A stretch of DNA of 64,000 bases, taken from assembly GCA_964443125.1 (NCBI GenBank), contig CAYUBL010000001.1, positions 16,094 through 80,093 of the forward strand, written 5' to 3'. This stretch comes from an uncultured Candidatus Saccharibacteria bacterium. GTDB lineage: Bacteria > Patescibacteriota > Andersenbacteria > UBA10190. Below, one piece after another: positions 56,557-64,000 of this stretch (position 1 is its first letter; each line of letters begins with the position of its first letter). The notes beneath the pieces were generated by a model. The model worked only from the letters and a program-made list of their open reading frames with translations, did no database searches and was not told the origin of the DNA. Both the position numbers and the translations under genes were made by a program.

Positions 56557-57816
56557 ATGACGAAGATATCTGATGCCTGGGAGAAAGTGTTTGCAATAAA
56601 AAACTACGACCTAACAAAGAACCTGCATTCCATTACAGCTAAAGAGATTAAACAGATTACAGGTGAAGAGCCACGTATAATGGCAAAGTTCGATTCTTCT
56701 ATGGACCTACCAAACATCATGAAGAAAAATGGATATTTTTTATTGCCAGTAAAAAACGGAGAATACGCTATAGTTCGCGGTAACGGCTTCCATACACTTG
56801 AAAAAACAAGAGATTGGACAAACCACACATCACGTATCAAATTTAATTTAACAACAGCTGGTCGCGGGTTAAGTGAAATGCAGTATTTGGACTATAGCTT
56901 TAACTCTGGAGCGCTTGAGGACATTCTAGACATTACGCCCCTGTACCAATCTATTCGTGGACGTGAATACAGCAAACAATTTCACTTTGCGGTCGACAAG
57001 ACCAAAATTAACGTTGAATCCGTTCAGCTTGAAGTAGATTCTGGTCTTGAGGGCGAAGATTCCATTGTCCTTATTGAAGCTAAAGTCAAAAGTCCCGAAG
57101 ATTTTATTATTCGTCAACTTTTCTACCCATATAATCATTTTAGAATTGTATCTCCAGACAAGAGAGTAATTCCTGTCTTTTTTGTTTATGAACCATCATC
57201 ACAACTTTATCATTTCTGGATATACGAATTTACAGATCCCGCCAATTATAACTCTATTCGCCTGAAAGAGATCAAATCACTAATGATAAGCACTGAACAA
57301 GAGATAAAACTATCCGACATCAAGCCAAAGGGAATAGTTAATTACAAGGATCTCATTCCTCAAGCAAATGACCTGAATAAAGTAATTGAGCTCGCATTTA
57401 AGGTTAAAGAAGGCGTAAATCATTATAAAAAAGTTGCGGAATATTTTAAATTTAATGAACGACAAAGTAGCTACTACAGAGAAGCAGCAGAGGCCCTGGG
57501 ACTAGTCATAAGCGAAAAAGGTGCTTACCAATTAACCGACATTGGTAAACATTTAGTAGCCCTGCCGGCAGAAAAACGTAATTTATTTATGGTGGAACTA
57601 TTAAGTGATTTCAGCTTAATTAAAAGAAGTCTGAATATTCTTGAGAGCAACGGTAAATTACTCCAAGATGACCTAGAAAATATTATTGAGCAACAATCTT
57701 ACTTAAGTCAGTCGACAATTTCGCGTCGCGCTGGATCTCTTAAAAGGTGGCTTGAATGGATATCAGAAGCCACTGGTTCCTTTACAAACGAAGAGAATGA
57801 GTTCCGAACAGAATAA
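56557..57816 (+). CDS. Putative type II restriction endonuclease (PD-(D/E)xK core) with a C-terminal winged-helix-like extension
   Basis: Lies between two DNA methyltransferase genes. EVDSGLEGEDSIVLIEAKVKS fits a D-x(n)-E-x-K nuclease motif. No match to DpnII recognised by eye. Confidence 0.5.
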   Translation: MTKISDAWEKVFAIKNYDLTKNLHSITAKEIKQITGEEPRIMAKFDSSMDLPNIMKKNGYFLLPVKNGEYAIVRGNGFHTLEKTRDWTNHTSRIKFNLTTAGRGLSEMQYLDYSFNSGALEDILDITPLYQSIRGREYSKQFHFAVDKTKINVESVQLEVDSGLEGEDSIVLIEAKVKSPEDFIIRQLFYPYNHFRIVSPDKRVIPVFFVYEPSSQLYHFWIYEFTDPANYNSIRLKEIKSLMISTEQEIKLSDIKPKGIVNYKDLIPQANDLNKVIELAFKVKEGVNHYKKVAEYFKFNERQSSYYREAAEALGLVISEKGAYQLTDIGKHLVALPAEKRNLFMVELLSDFSLIKRSLNILESNGKLLQDDLENIIEQQSYLSQSTISRRAGSLKRWLEWISEATGSFTNEENEFRTE

Positions 57817-58567
57817 ACCCGGGATAGATCTACATGACTTTGAGCTAGAATGCACTACCGTTTGGGCTTTTCCACGCAGAGGCAACTGGGCAACACATAC
57901 TTCGGACTGGAGAGGCAATTGGGCGCCAGAAGTAGTACGAAATCTTATTTTGAGATATTCGAAAGAAAAAGATATTCTCTTCGATCCAATGATTGGTGGC
58001 GGAACTACTGCCATAGAAGCCAAGATTCTAAACCGGAATATCATCTGCTCAGATGTTAACAAAAAAGCCCTAAAAAGAACTAAGGATTGTCTAAACTTCG
58101 AAATTGACAATACATCTTGGCAAAAAATCTATAGGTGGGATGCGCGCGACTTAAATAAACTCCCCAATGAAAGCATTGATTTTATCCTCACACATCCTCC
58201 ATACGCCGACATTATAAAATATAGCGAGGGTAAAATAAATTCCGATATGTCAAACATCCATGATTTGGAAGAGTTTGCGAACGAGATGGAGAAAGTTGCT
58301 AAAGAGTTATATCGGGTACTTAAGCCTGGTAAGTTTTGTGCAATACTCATAGGAGACACTCGACGCAAAAAGATGTATCAACCCTTGGCGTATAAAGTAA
58401 TGGATAGATTCCTAAAAGCAGGATTCCAGCTGAAAGAGGATATTATTAAAAGACAATTCAACTGCAAAGCAACTGGTTTCTGGGCTAAGAGGTCACAAGA
58501 GTCAAATTTTCTCCTAATCATGCACGAGCATTTGTTTGTGTTTCAGAAAATTAGACCTAATGATTAA
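57797..58567 (+). CDS. N6/N4-type DNA methyltransferase (PF01555-like; DpnA/MboC-like second methylase)
   Basis: Motif I-like FDPMIGGGTTAIEAKILN. Motif IV is THPPY (His in place of D/N/S). Start taken as MSSEQNK (GAAGAGA RBS), 20-nt overlap with the upstream gene. Confidence 0.7.
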   Translation: MSSEQNKPGIDLHDFELECTTVWAFPRRGNWATHTSDWRGNWAPEVVRNLILRYSKEKDILFDPMIGGGTTAIEAKILNRNIICSDVNKKALKRTKDCLNFEIDNTSWQKIYRWDARDLNKLPNESIDFILTHPPYADIIKYSEGKINSDMSNIHDLEEFANEMEKVAKELYRVLKPGKFCAILIGDTRRKKMYQPLAYKVMDRFLKAGFQLKEDIIKRQFNCKATGFWAKRSQESNFLLIMHEHLFVFQKIRPND

Positions 58568-58699
58568 ATCTTTAATCTTTATTAGAAATAATATTAATAT
58601 CACAGGTCTGTTCTTTGACAGCTAAGGAAGTTGTCGCCAGAACATCAATACTCCCTTAAACTAATTAACAATAAGATACCATAACCTTTCGTTGAATAT

Positions 58700-59845
58700 A
58701 TGAAAGTAACAGTGAGGCCAATAGTCCTAAAAGGATGGCGTATCAGAAAAGGATTACCGCTCGAGGCTGTAGTAGCAAAAACAAAGATCGAAGAGTCCGA
58801 AATAAGTCACTGGGAAACTCACAGAAGCGAGATAAGTGTTGCCGATCTCAAAAAGATAGCGAAGTTTTATAGGTTATCGTGGACAGCATTTTTACTAGAT
58901 GAACTGCCTCCATCAAAAAAAGATCCAGTAAACCACAGGCGGCGACCTGATGCTAAGGATTTTTCTCCGGAGACATTGCAAGCTTTTACGCGTGCTAGGC
59001 ATATTCTTGAGTTTGCATCTGACATTGGCTTAGTAAAAGAAAATAAACTCACGGAGAGGTTCCCCACCGCAATAACTCATAATCCTGAACTTGTTGCCTC
59101 AAAGGTCAGAAGTTATATAGAAACACCTTTTGATCATCAACTAAAATGGCGCAATGCCAATGTGGCGAAACGTAAATGGATTGATATTCTTGAGCGAGAG
59201 GGTATTTATATTGCCGAAATGGATATGCCCGAAGTTGAAGCGAGGGGTTTTTCACTGAAGGAAAGCGGAAGGGATATTATAGTCTTGAGTAAAAATGATT
59301 CCGTAAACGGTCGTATATTTTCTCTATTTCATGAGGTAGCCCATTTGTTACTTAAAAAGTCCGGTGTTTGCGACATGTATGAAGGTAATGGTCCCGATCA
59401 AAGAGTGGATAGAACCGAAGTATTTTGCAATGCATTTGCGGGTGCTTTTCTTTTACCGAGTCAAAGCTTCCTAAATGATAGTTTAGTTATATCAGCAATA
59501 AGGGAAAAGAACTTTTCCGATTCGGTCCTACAATATTTGGGAAAACGCTTTAATGTTAGTGCTGCCGTTGTACTAAGAAGACTAAATAACTTTGGATATA
59601 TTTCTAGTCAAGAATATAAACGTCGCTACACAGACGAACAAGATATGTATGTTGAGAGTGAAGAGAAAAATAAAAAGGGCTTCGCACGACATGAATACAA
59701 AGTTATCAATCAAAATGGGCGCGCGTTCACGTCTGAAGTGATTACTGCGTATGCTTCGAATATTATTACTGCTCATGATGTTAGCAATTACCTCAATACA
59801 ACCGTAAGAAGTATTTCGCGTATTGAGCAAGCGCTTTCTAAATAG
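58700..59845 (+). CDS. ImmA/IrrE-family (COG2856) zinc metallopeptidase with an N-terminal XRE-like HTH
   Basis: HEXXH site FHEVAHLLL and an N-terminal HTH-like segment (SVADLKKIAKFYRLSWTAFL). Confidence 0.7.
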   Translation: MKVTVRPIVLKGWRIRKGLPLEAVVAKTKIEESEISHWETHRSEISVADLKKIAKFYRLSWTAFLLDELPPSKKDPVNHRRRPDAKDFSPETLQAFTRARHILEFASDIGLVKENKLTERFPTAITHNPELVASKVRSYIETPFDHQLKWRNANVAKRKWIDILEREGIYIAEMDMPEVEARGFSLKESGRDIIVLSKNDSVNGRIFSLFHEVAHLLLKKSGVCDMYEGNGPDQRVDRTEVFCNAFAGAFLLPSQSFLNDSLVISAIREKNFSDSVLQYLGKRFNVSAAVVLRRLNNFGYISSQEYKRRYTDEQDMYVESEEKNKKGFARHEYKVINQNGRAFTSEVITAYASNIITAHDVSNYLNTTVRSISRIEQALSK

Positions 59846-59850
59846 TTTCC

Positions 59851-60360
59851 ATGAACGCTCAACTCAGCATGGAGCAGCTCTACTGCATAGACAGCTCAGC
59901 TCTTATAGAGTTGTGGAATCCTGACAACTGGCAATTGCCAAAGGATGTATCCCAACTGATTTGGTCTCATGTAGATACTCTTGTTGCCCAGCAACGAATC
60001 ATTTCTTCACGCGAGGTTTACGATGAAATTAAGGATGATTTAAATGATGGCTTCAGGCAATGGATGCGAGTGCATCGCGACATATTCCTAGAGCTAGATA
60101 GTGAACAAATTAAACTGGGCAAGGCGATAGTTAATAAATATCCCCTACTGACTGATGGGGGTAGAAATCATGCCGACCCATTTGTGGTATCAGTGGCCAA
60201 AGCTCATGGTGCGACTGTCATTGGCTGCGAAAAACCTGTGACTACAACGCACTCACAGATAAGACCAAAAATCCCTAGCCTATGCCACGAACACGCAGTT
60301 GAATATGTCACAATTAAAGATTTTTGCATGAAGGAAAGACTGAGTTTCCGGTTAGCGTAA
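59851..60360 (+). CDS. DUF4411-family (PIN-like) protein, partner of the ImmA/IrrE peptidase
   Basis: 169 aa. PIN-like N-terminus YCIDSSALIEL with conserved Asp. 5-nt spacing from the upstream peptidase gene. Confidence 0.55.
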   Translation: MNAQLSMEQLYCIDSSALIELWNPDNWQLPKDVSQLIWSHVDTLVAQQRIISSREVYDEIKDDLNDGFRQWMRVHRDIFLELDSEQIKLGKAIVNKYPLLTDGGRNHADPFVVSVAKAHGATVIGCEKPVTTTHSQIRPKIPSLCHEHAVEYVTIKDFCMKERLSFRLA

Positions 60361-60540
60361 AGAAAGACTAGGTCCATGAGCTGAATAGAGATACGTTTAT
60401 CATTCCCGTAAGCGACAAAACGGATGCGATGCGGATCGGGATGGGACTAGAGCTGCTGACAATTGTATATTTTAACGGGCGGACAACTGAAGAAATCCAG
60501 CAGGCCGAAAAATACGGTGTTCGACGAAACGGGCAAGGGA

Positions 60541-60759
60541 ATGACGCTTCGGCAGTTCGGGAAGAAAACCCTGAAAGACGTTCAGACGCGATGTCTGCGA
60601 AAATCGGATATTATCAAGCAGGGAATCGTGACGAAGAAGCGGCTGCAAGCGGCGATCGAGCGCGGGCAGGTGCAGGAGATTAGGATAGGCAAAAGCGTAT
60701 ATATCGATCGGAAAGAGCTCCTCGGAATCTTGCAAGGACAGCAGCGGTTGGGCGTTTAG
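60541..60759 (+). CDS. Excisionase/AlpA-like HTH DNA-binding protein (orphan)
   Basis: KKRLQAAIERGQVQEIRIGKSVYIDRKELLGIL fits the HTH_17/excisionase pattern. No integrase gene is visible in the window. Confidence 0.5.
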   Translation: MTLRQFGKKTLKDVQTRCLRKSDIIKQGIVTKKRLQAAIERGQVQEIRIGKSVYIDRKELLGILQGQQRLGV

Positions 60760-60989
60760 TCTTTTCTTAAATCAATCCATTTAATAGATCCTTCTGTATC
60801 AGACAATGCAAGTGATGGCAAGGACACATAGCCACTCTGCCTAATCGCCTGCACTTCATGCAGAGTCGGAGCAGCATACTCTACGTGAGGTATGTGTGGA
60901 GGCAAATGTTTATGAGCTTCTACAGCTGCTACTTCACCAGCAAGCGCACAGGATAAGCAAAAACATCCTATAAAATGGTTTTTGTTCAT
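60756..60989 (-). CDS. Small secreted hypothetical protein
   Basis: Signal-peptide-like MNKNHFIGCFCLSCALAGEVAAVEA. Convergent with the excisionase-like gene. Confidence 0.3.
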   Translation of the reverse strand: MNKNHFIGCFCLSCALAGEVAAVEAHKHLPPHIPHVEYAAPTLHEVQAIRQSGYVSLPSLALSDTEGSIKWIDLRKD

Positions 60990-61121
60990 ATTTTTATTAT
61001 TCTCCCACTGGCCATAGGTTTGCAAGAGTCTTTCCTATGGAGCTCCACCCCTACCATTGCGAAACATAGGAAGAGCAATGCCAATTTGCTGACCTCATCC
61101 ACTGGCAGTAGGGTAAACCTC

Positions 61122-61415
61122 ATGGAGCTGACGTTTCGCGCGAGGGTGTGGTTGTATCCGGGCCCGGCGGCGTGGCATTTTATTACGCTGCCGAAAAAGC
61201 ATGCGAAAGAAATTCGGGAAGTGTTCGGGGAATCCGCCCGCGGCTGGGGGTCGTTTCCTGTTGAAGCAACGATCGGATCGTCAACCTGGAAGACGTCTAT
61301 TTTTCCGGACAAGAAAAGCGGGTCGTATCTGCTGCCGCTAAAAAAAGAAGTACGGAAAAAAGAAGAAATAGACGCGGAGGAGCAAGTGGACGTTTTCCTT
61401 ACGATACAGCCGTAA
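61122..61415 (+). CDS. DUF1905-family protein
   Basis: LYPGPAAWHFITLPKKHAKEIREVFGESARGWGSFPVEATIGSSTWKTSIFPDKKSGSYLLPLKKEVRKKEEIDAEEQVDVFLTI fits the DUF1905 beta-barrel pattern. Start taken as MELTF. Confidence 0.5.
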   Translation: MELTFRARVWLYPGPAAWHFITLPKKHAKEIREVFGESARGWGSFPVEATIGSSTWKTSIFPDKKSGSYLLPLKKEVRKKEEIDAEEQVDVFLTIQP

Positions 61416-61534
61416 GGCGAAATGACAAGCCGATCGTAATTCACCGCGAAACTATTGACTATTATCTGTTAATATGCTTTATTACGTATTACTGTAACGG
61501 GTGTTCCACAATCTCACAGCAAAAGGAGAAAAAC

Positions 61535-62074
61535 ATGTTCTTTACCCATTTCTCGTTTACGCTCGCTCCCACCCCCGAAATCATCCGCGAGTGGGGACCT
61601 TTGTTAGGGCCTTACAGCATGGAGATCCTACGCAAGCCTGCTTCCGAGGTAACAATTCACCTTGAGCCAGAAGGAATTGAGCTCTGGTCAATGAAAGGTG
61701 GTAATCGTGCCAGCTTTCGCTTGCACGGCCCTTCTTTCAAAGAGCCCGTTCTCCTGGACGTTCATTTCTATGACCTAAAGAGGTTTAAACTCAAGCCAGC
61801 CAGCCAAGAAATTGTGAAGGAGGTCATTCGGATTCTCGAATATGACCCGCAGAGCATCCATCCACTTTTACGAAAAACGGATGCCGTTCCAGGATACCGA
61901 CGGGCCGAGCGTAGCATGCAAAAGAGATGGGTGCTCGAAATCGCCGACGGAGAACACTTCATAAAAGGTGAAGACGTGAACCTGGACTATATGAAGCAGC
62001 TTCGTGAGCTCGGCATGACGGTTCTCAAGTGGCTCTATGAGAAAGAAGGGCAAATCAACGAAATCGAAAAATAG
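61535..62074 (+). CDS. Hypothetical protein
   Basis: 179-aa ORF with AAGGAGA RBS. A terminator follows. Confidence 0.5.
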   Translation: MFFTHFSFTLAPTPEIIREWGPLLGPYSMEILRKPASEVTIHLEPEGIELWSMKGGNRASFRLHGPSFKEPVLLDVHFYDLKRFKLKPASQEIVKEVIRILEYDPQSIHPLLRKTDAVPGYRRAERSMQKRWVLEIADGEHFIKGEDVNLDYMKQLRELGMTVLKWLYEKEGQINEIEK

Positions 62075-62096
62075 AATCAAAACGATCGCAAAAAAT

Positions 62097-62133
62097 AGGG
62101 ACCCGAAGCAATTGCTGAGGGTCTTTTTCTTTT
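62097..62133 (+). terminator. Rho-independent terminator (GGGACCC...GGGTC plus T-run, with an inner GCAATTGC palindrome)
   Basis: Compound hairpin followed by TTTTTCTTTT after the 61535-62074 gene. Confidence 0.6.
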
Positions 62134-62196
62134 CACCTGGATTCCGACTGCGGAGGCCGGAATGACAAGCGGCATGCAACATAGTAGGCTTTTAGC

Positions 62197-62703
62197 ATGG
62201 ATAGCTTAACAAAAAAATGCCCTTCCTGTGGAAGCGAAAGCATCCGCGAGTTGTCCGACTCTGTTATTCAATGCACTCACTGTCCACTCATATGGCAAGT
62301 GAAGAAAGAAACGCCTAGCTATCGCGGCATTATTATTAAAGAAAGTCTTTTAGACGATTCAATCCTTAATAGCGTTACCATTCTCTCAGAGAAAGAAGTG
62401 CAACTTGAGAATGGAACCATGTGGCATATGGTAAAAGCTTCGATTCCAGTGGAATCCGTACATGAATTTCGAGGTAAGTTACAGAGCCTTATTCGAAAAG
62501 ATGGCACTTGGTATATACATCTTTATCACGAAGACCCAAAACGAACGAACATGATTATTATCTTTGATGATGCATACTTTAATGCTTCGAAAAATTTAGA
62601 CCATCCTCAGACACAAAAAGCTATCCACCATGGTTTGTCAATGGGAATACCAAAGGATCAACTAGATTTTGAACCACGAGAAGTGGCAAGCGAAAAATGG
62701 TAA
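62197..62703 (+). CDS. Hypothetical protein with an N-terminal zinc ribbon
   Basis: CPSCGS...CTHCP at the N-terminus. 168 aa. Confidence 0.45.
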   Translation: MDSLTKKCPSCGSESIRELSDSVIQCTHCPLIWQVKKETPSYRGIIIKESLLDDSILNSVTILSEKEVQLENGTMWHMVKASIPVESVHEFRGKLQSLIRKDGTWYIHLYHEDPKRTNMIIIFDDAYFNASKNLDHPQTQKAIHHGLSMGIPKDQLDFEPREVASEKW

Positions 62704-62712
62704 CAAAAACGT

Positions 62713-63135
62713 ATGAATCTCGACAAAAAATATAACGTATTTTCTGTAAGTGCTTTTATTATTTGGGATGGAAAAGCCCTTATAGCGAAGCGCGCGGATA
62801 ACGACAACTACTTGCCCGGTTACTGGGAGCAAGTAGGAGGGAAGGCCGATCCCGGGGAGACGCACGAACAAGCAGCTATTCGAGAAGTGAAGGAGGAAGC
62901 CGGTATACGCATACAGCCTATTCGCTTATACAACACATACGAGTACACGCATCGAACAATGGGGCCCATGTGCGAATATGCATATCTATGCAAGATAGCA
63001 GGAGACTCCACTGTGACAATAAGCGAAGAACACTCGGACTATAAATGGATAACTCCGGAAGAGCTTGAGCAAATACAGCCCATGTCAGACTACATGCGCG
63101 AAGTGATCCGAAAGGGATTTATGGAGAAAACTTGA
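62713..63135 (+). CDS. NUDIX hydrolase
   Basis: Nudix box GGKADPGETHEQAAIREVKEEAGI. Confidence 0.8.
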   Translation: MNLDKKYNVFSVSAFIIWDGKALIAKRADNDNYLPGYWEQVGGKADPGETHEQAAIREVKEEAGIRIQPIRLYNTYEYTHRTMGPMCEYAYLCKIAGDSTVTISEEHSDYKWITPEELEQIQPMSDYMREVIRKGFMEKT

Positions 63136-63227
63136 GAAATTGTAAAAGCTCCCACCTCCCCTAACCCCTCCTCGGGCAGGAGGGGAAATTTTATGCGCTG
63201 TATTTTGCAGATGATTCACCGTATCCT

Positions 63228-63809
63228 ATGGATATGTTCGGCCTTTCTCTTACCCCGACACAAAAGGTTCTATGGGCGATTGTGTTTCTGTTCGGAATCC
63301 AGATCGGAGCGCTTTTGACTATGGGGCAGCCTGCCATCTGCGAGTGCGGATTCGTGAAGTTGTGGGAGGGGCAGGTTTTGAGCCAAGGGAATTCCCAGCA
63401 TATTGCAGACTGGTATACGTTTTCGCATATCATCCACGGGTTTGTGTTTTATGCGCTTGCGCGGCTGCTGTTTCCGAAAGCGTCGATGTGGACGCGGCTG
63501 CTGCTTGCCGTTGCGGTTGAGATAGGGTGGGAAGTGTTTGAGAATACTCCGCTTGTCATCAATCACTATCGGCAACAGGCGCTTGCGGTAGGATATACGG
63601 GAGATAGCGTGCTCAATTCGGTATTCGATGCGCTGTGGATGGTGTTTGGATTTTTCGTCGCATCCAAAGCGCCGGTAAAGCTCACGCTGCTCATCATTGT
63701 CGCGATGGAACTGCTGGTGCTATTTGCGATTCGAGACAATCTGACACTTAATATCATCAACCTGATGTACCCGTTCGACGTTATCAGCAAATGGCAGGCA
63801 GGCGGATAG
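63228..63809 (+). CDS. DUF2585-like polytopic membrane protein
   Basis: 193 aa, 5-6 TM. The DWYTFSHIIHGFVFY motif resembles the UPF0314/DUF2585 family. Confidence 0.4.
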   Translation: MDMFGLSLTPTQKVLWAIVFLFGIQIGALLTMGQPAICECGFVKLWEGQVLSQGNSQHIADWYTFSHIIHGFVFYALARLLFPKASMWTRLLLAVAVEIGWEVFENTPLVINHYRQQALAVGYTGDSVLNSVFDALWMVFGFFVASKAPVKLTLLIIVAMELLVLFAIRDNLTLNIINLMYPFDVISKWQAGG

Positions 63810-63867
63810 CCGTGCAGGCAACCTTGTGGGAAACGGAATCATTCTGCATGCTGAAGGTATGCAGACT

Positions 63868-64000
63868 AGGACCATCGTTATTGCACTAGCAGCCATTGCG
63901 GCAATCGCGCTGTTGGGATGGGCAGCTTCTCGCGTTATCGGCATCCGCACAGAAGAACCGCTGCCAACGCCGCCATCGGGCGCAGCGAGCATGGTGCGTT
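63868..64000 (+). CDS. 5' fragment of a gene encoding a signal-anchored protein (continues past the window)
   Basis: MQTRTIVIALAAIAAIALLGWAASRVIGIRTEEPLPTPPSG..., open to the window end. Confidence 0.3.

Noticed and set aside
54040-60400. Integrase, transposase or IS element responsible for the AT-rich island
   Set aside because: No recombinase-like ORF (tyrosine or serine recombinase, DDE transposase) or terminal inverted repeats could be identified by eye. Only the excisionase-like HTH at 60541-60759 hints at past mobility.
1-64000. rRNA genes or additional tRNA genes
   Set aside because: No 16S/23S/5S-like conserved stretches were found. The only cloverleaf that folds cleanly is tRNA-Gln at 47095-47165. 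The nearby tRNA-like sequence at about 46846-46910 is too short (about 61 nt) and lacks a proper anticodon loop.

Overview
This 64-kb window is from a bacterial chromosome of roughly 55% GC that is dominated by housekeeping operons. Gene content (short AlaRS and ProRS, an S4 without its zinc finger, several GT-C glycosyltransferases, a giant PT-linker surface protein) is consistent with a small-genome, possibly Patescibacteria/CPR-like organism, but this is inference only. Almost all genes are on the + strand.

Housekeeping content, left to right: a dcw fragment (murD 3' end, ftsW, murG, murC); LOG and alaS; a partial alpha ribosomal operon (infA, rpmJ, rpsM, rpsK, rpsD, rpoA, rplQ) followed by rplM-rpsI; hpf-secA; secDF-holB-frr; rseP-proS; mreBCD-mrdA; greA-lysS-serS-ftsQ; dnaX. 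No rRNA or CRISPR array was seen.

Accessory, lower-GC segments:
- 23.8-25.6 kb: a Doc/Fic-family toxin gene followed by three tandem NUDIX genes, one of which is a truncated remnant.
- 45.6-47.2 kb: a divergent pair (a hypothetical protein and a small sigma-70 region-4-like HTH protein) next to tRNA-Gln(UUG). The tRNA has an 18-bp direct repeat of its 3' end 248 bp away, and the gap between them is an array of perfect hairpins.
- 54.0-60.4 kb: a strongly AT-rich defence island. It carries a PD-(D/E)xK-like nuclease candidate, an alpha-helical protein of unknown function, a Dam-family methyltransferase, a PD-(D/E)xK restriction-endonuclease candidate and a second N6/N4 methyltransferase (an M-R-M arrangement like two-methylase type II systems), then an ImmA/IrrE Zn-peptidase + DUF4411 (PIN-like) pair, and an orphan excisionase-like HTH gene at its right edge.

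Other points worth a second look: a two-gene module embedded in core genes (a membrane protein plus a TraD/VirD4/HerA-like P-loop ATPase ending in a Cys4 zinc ribbon); a protein with sigma-70 region 4 at its N-terminus; a minus-strand pair of tiny genes (a zinc-ribbon protein and a 42-aa basic peptide with a strong RBS); and a 1097-aa surface protein with a PT-repeat linker.

All coordinates and calls were derived by eye from the sequence and the supplied ORF track. No database searches were run.
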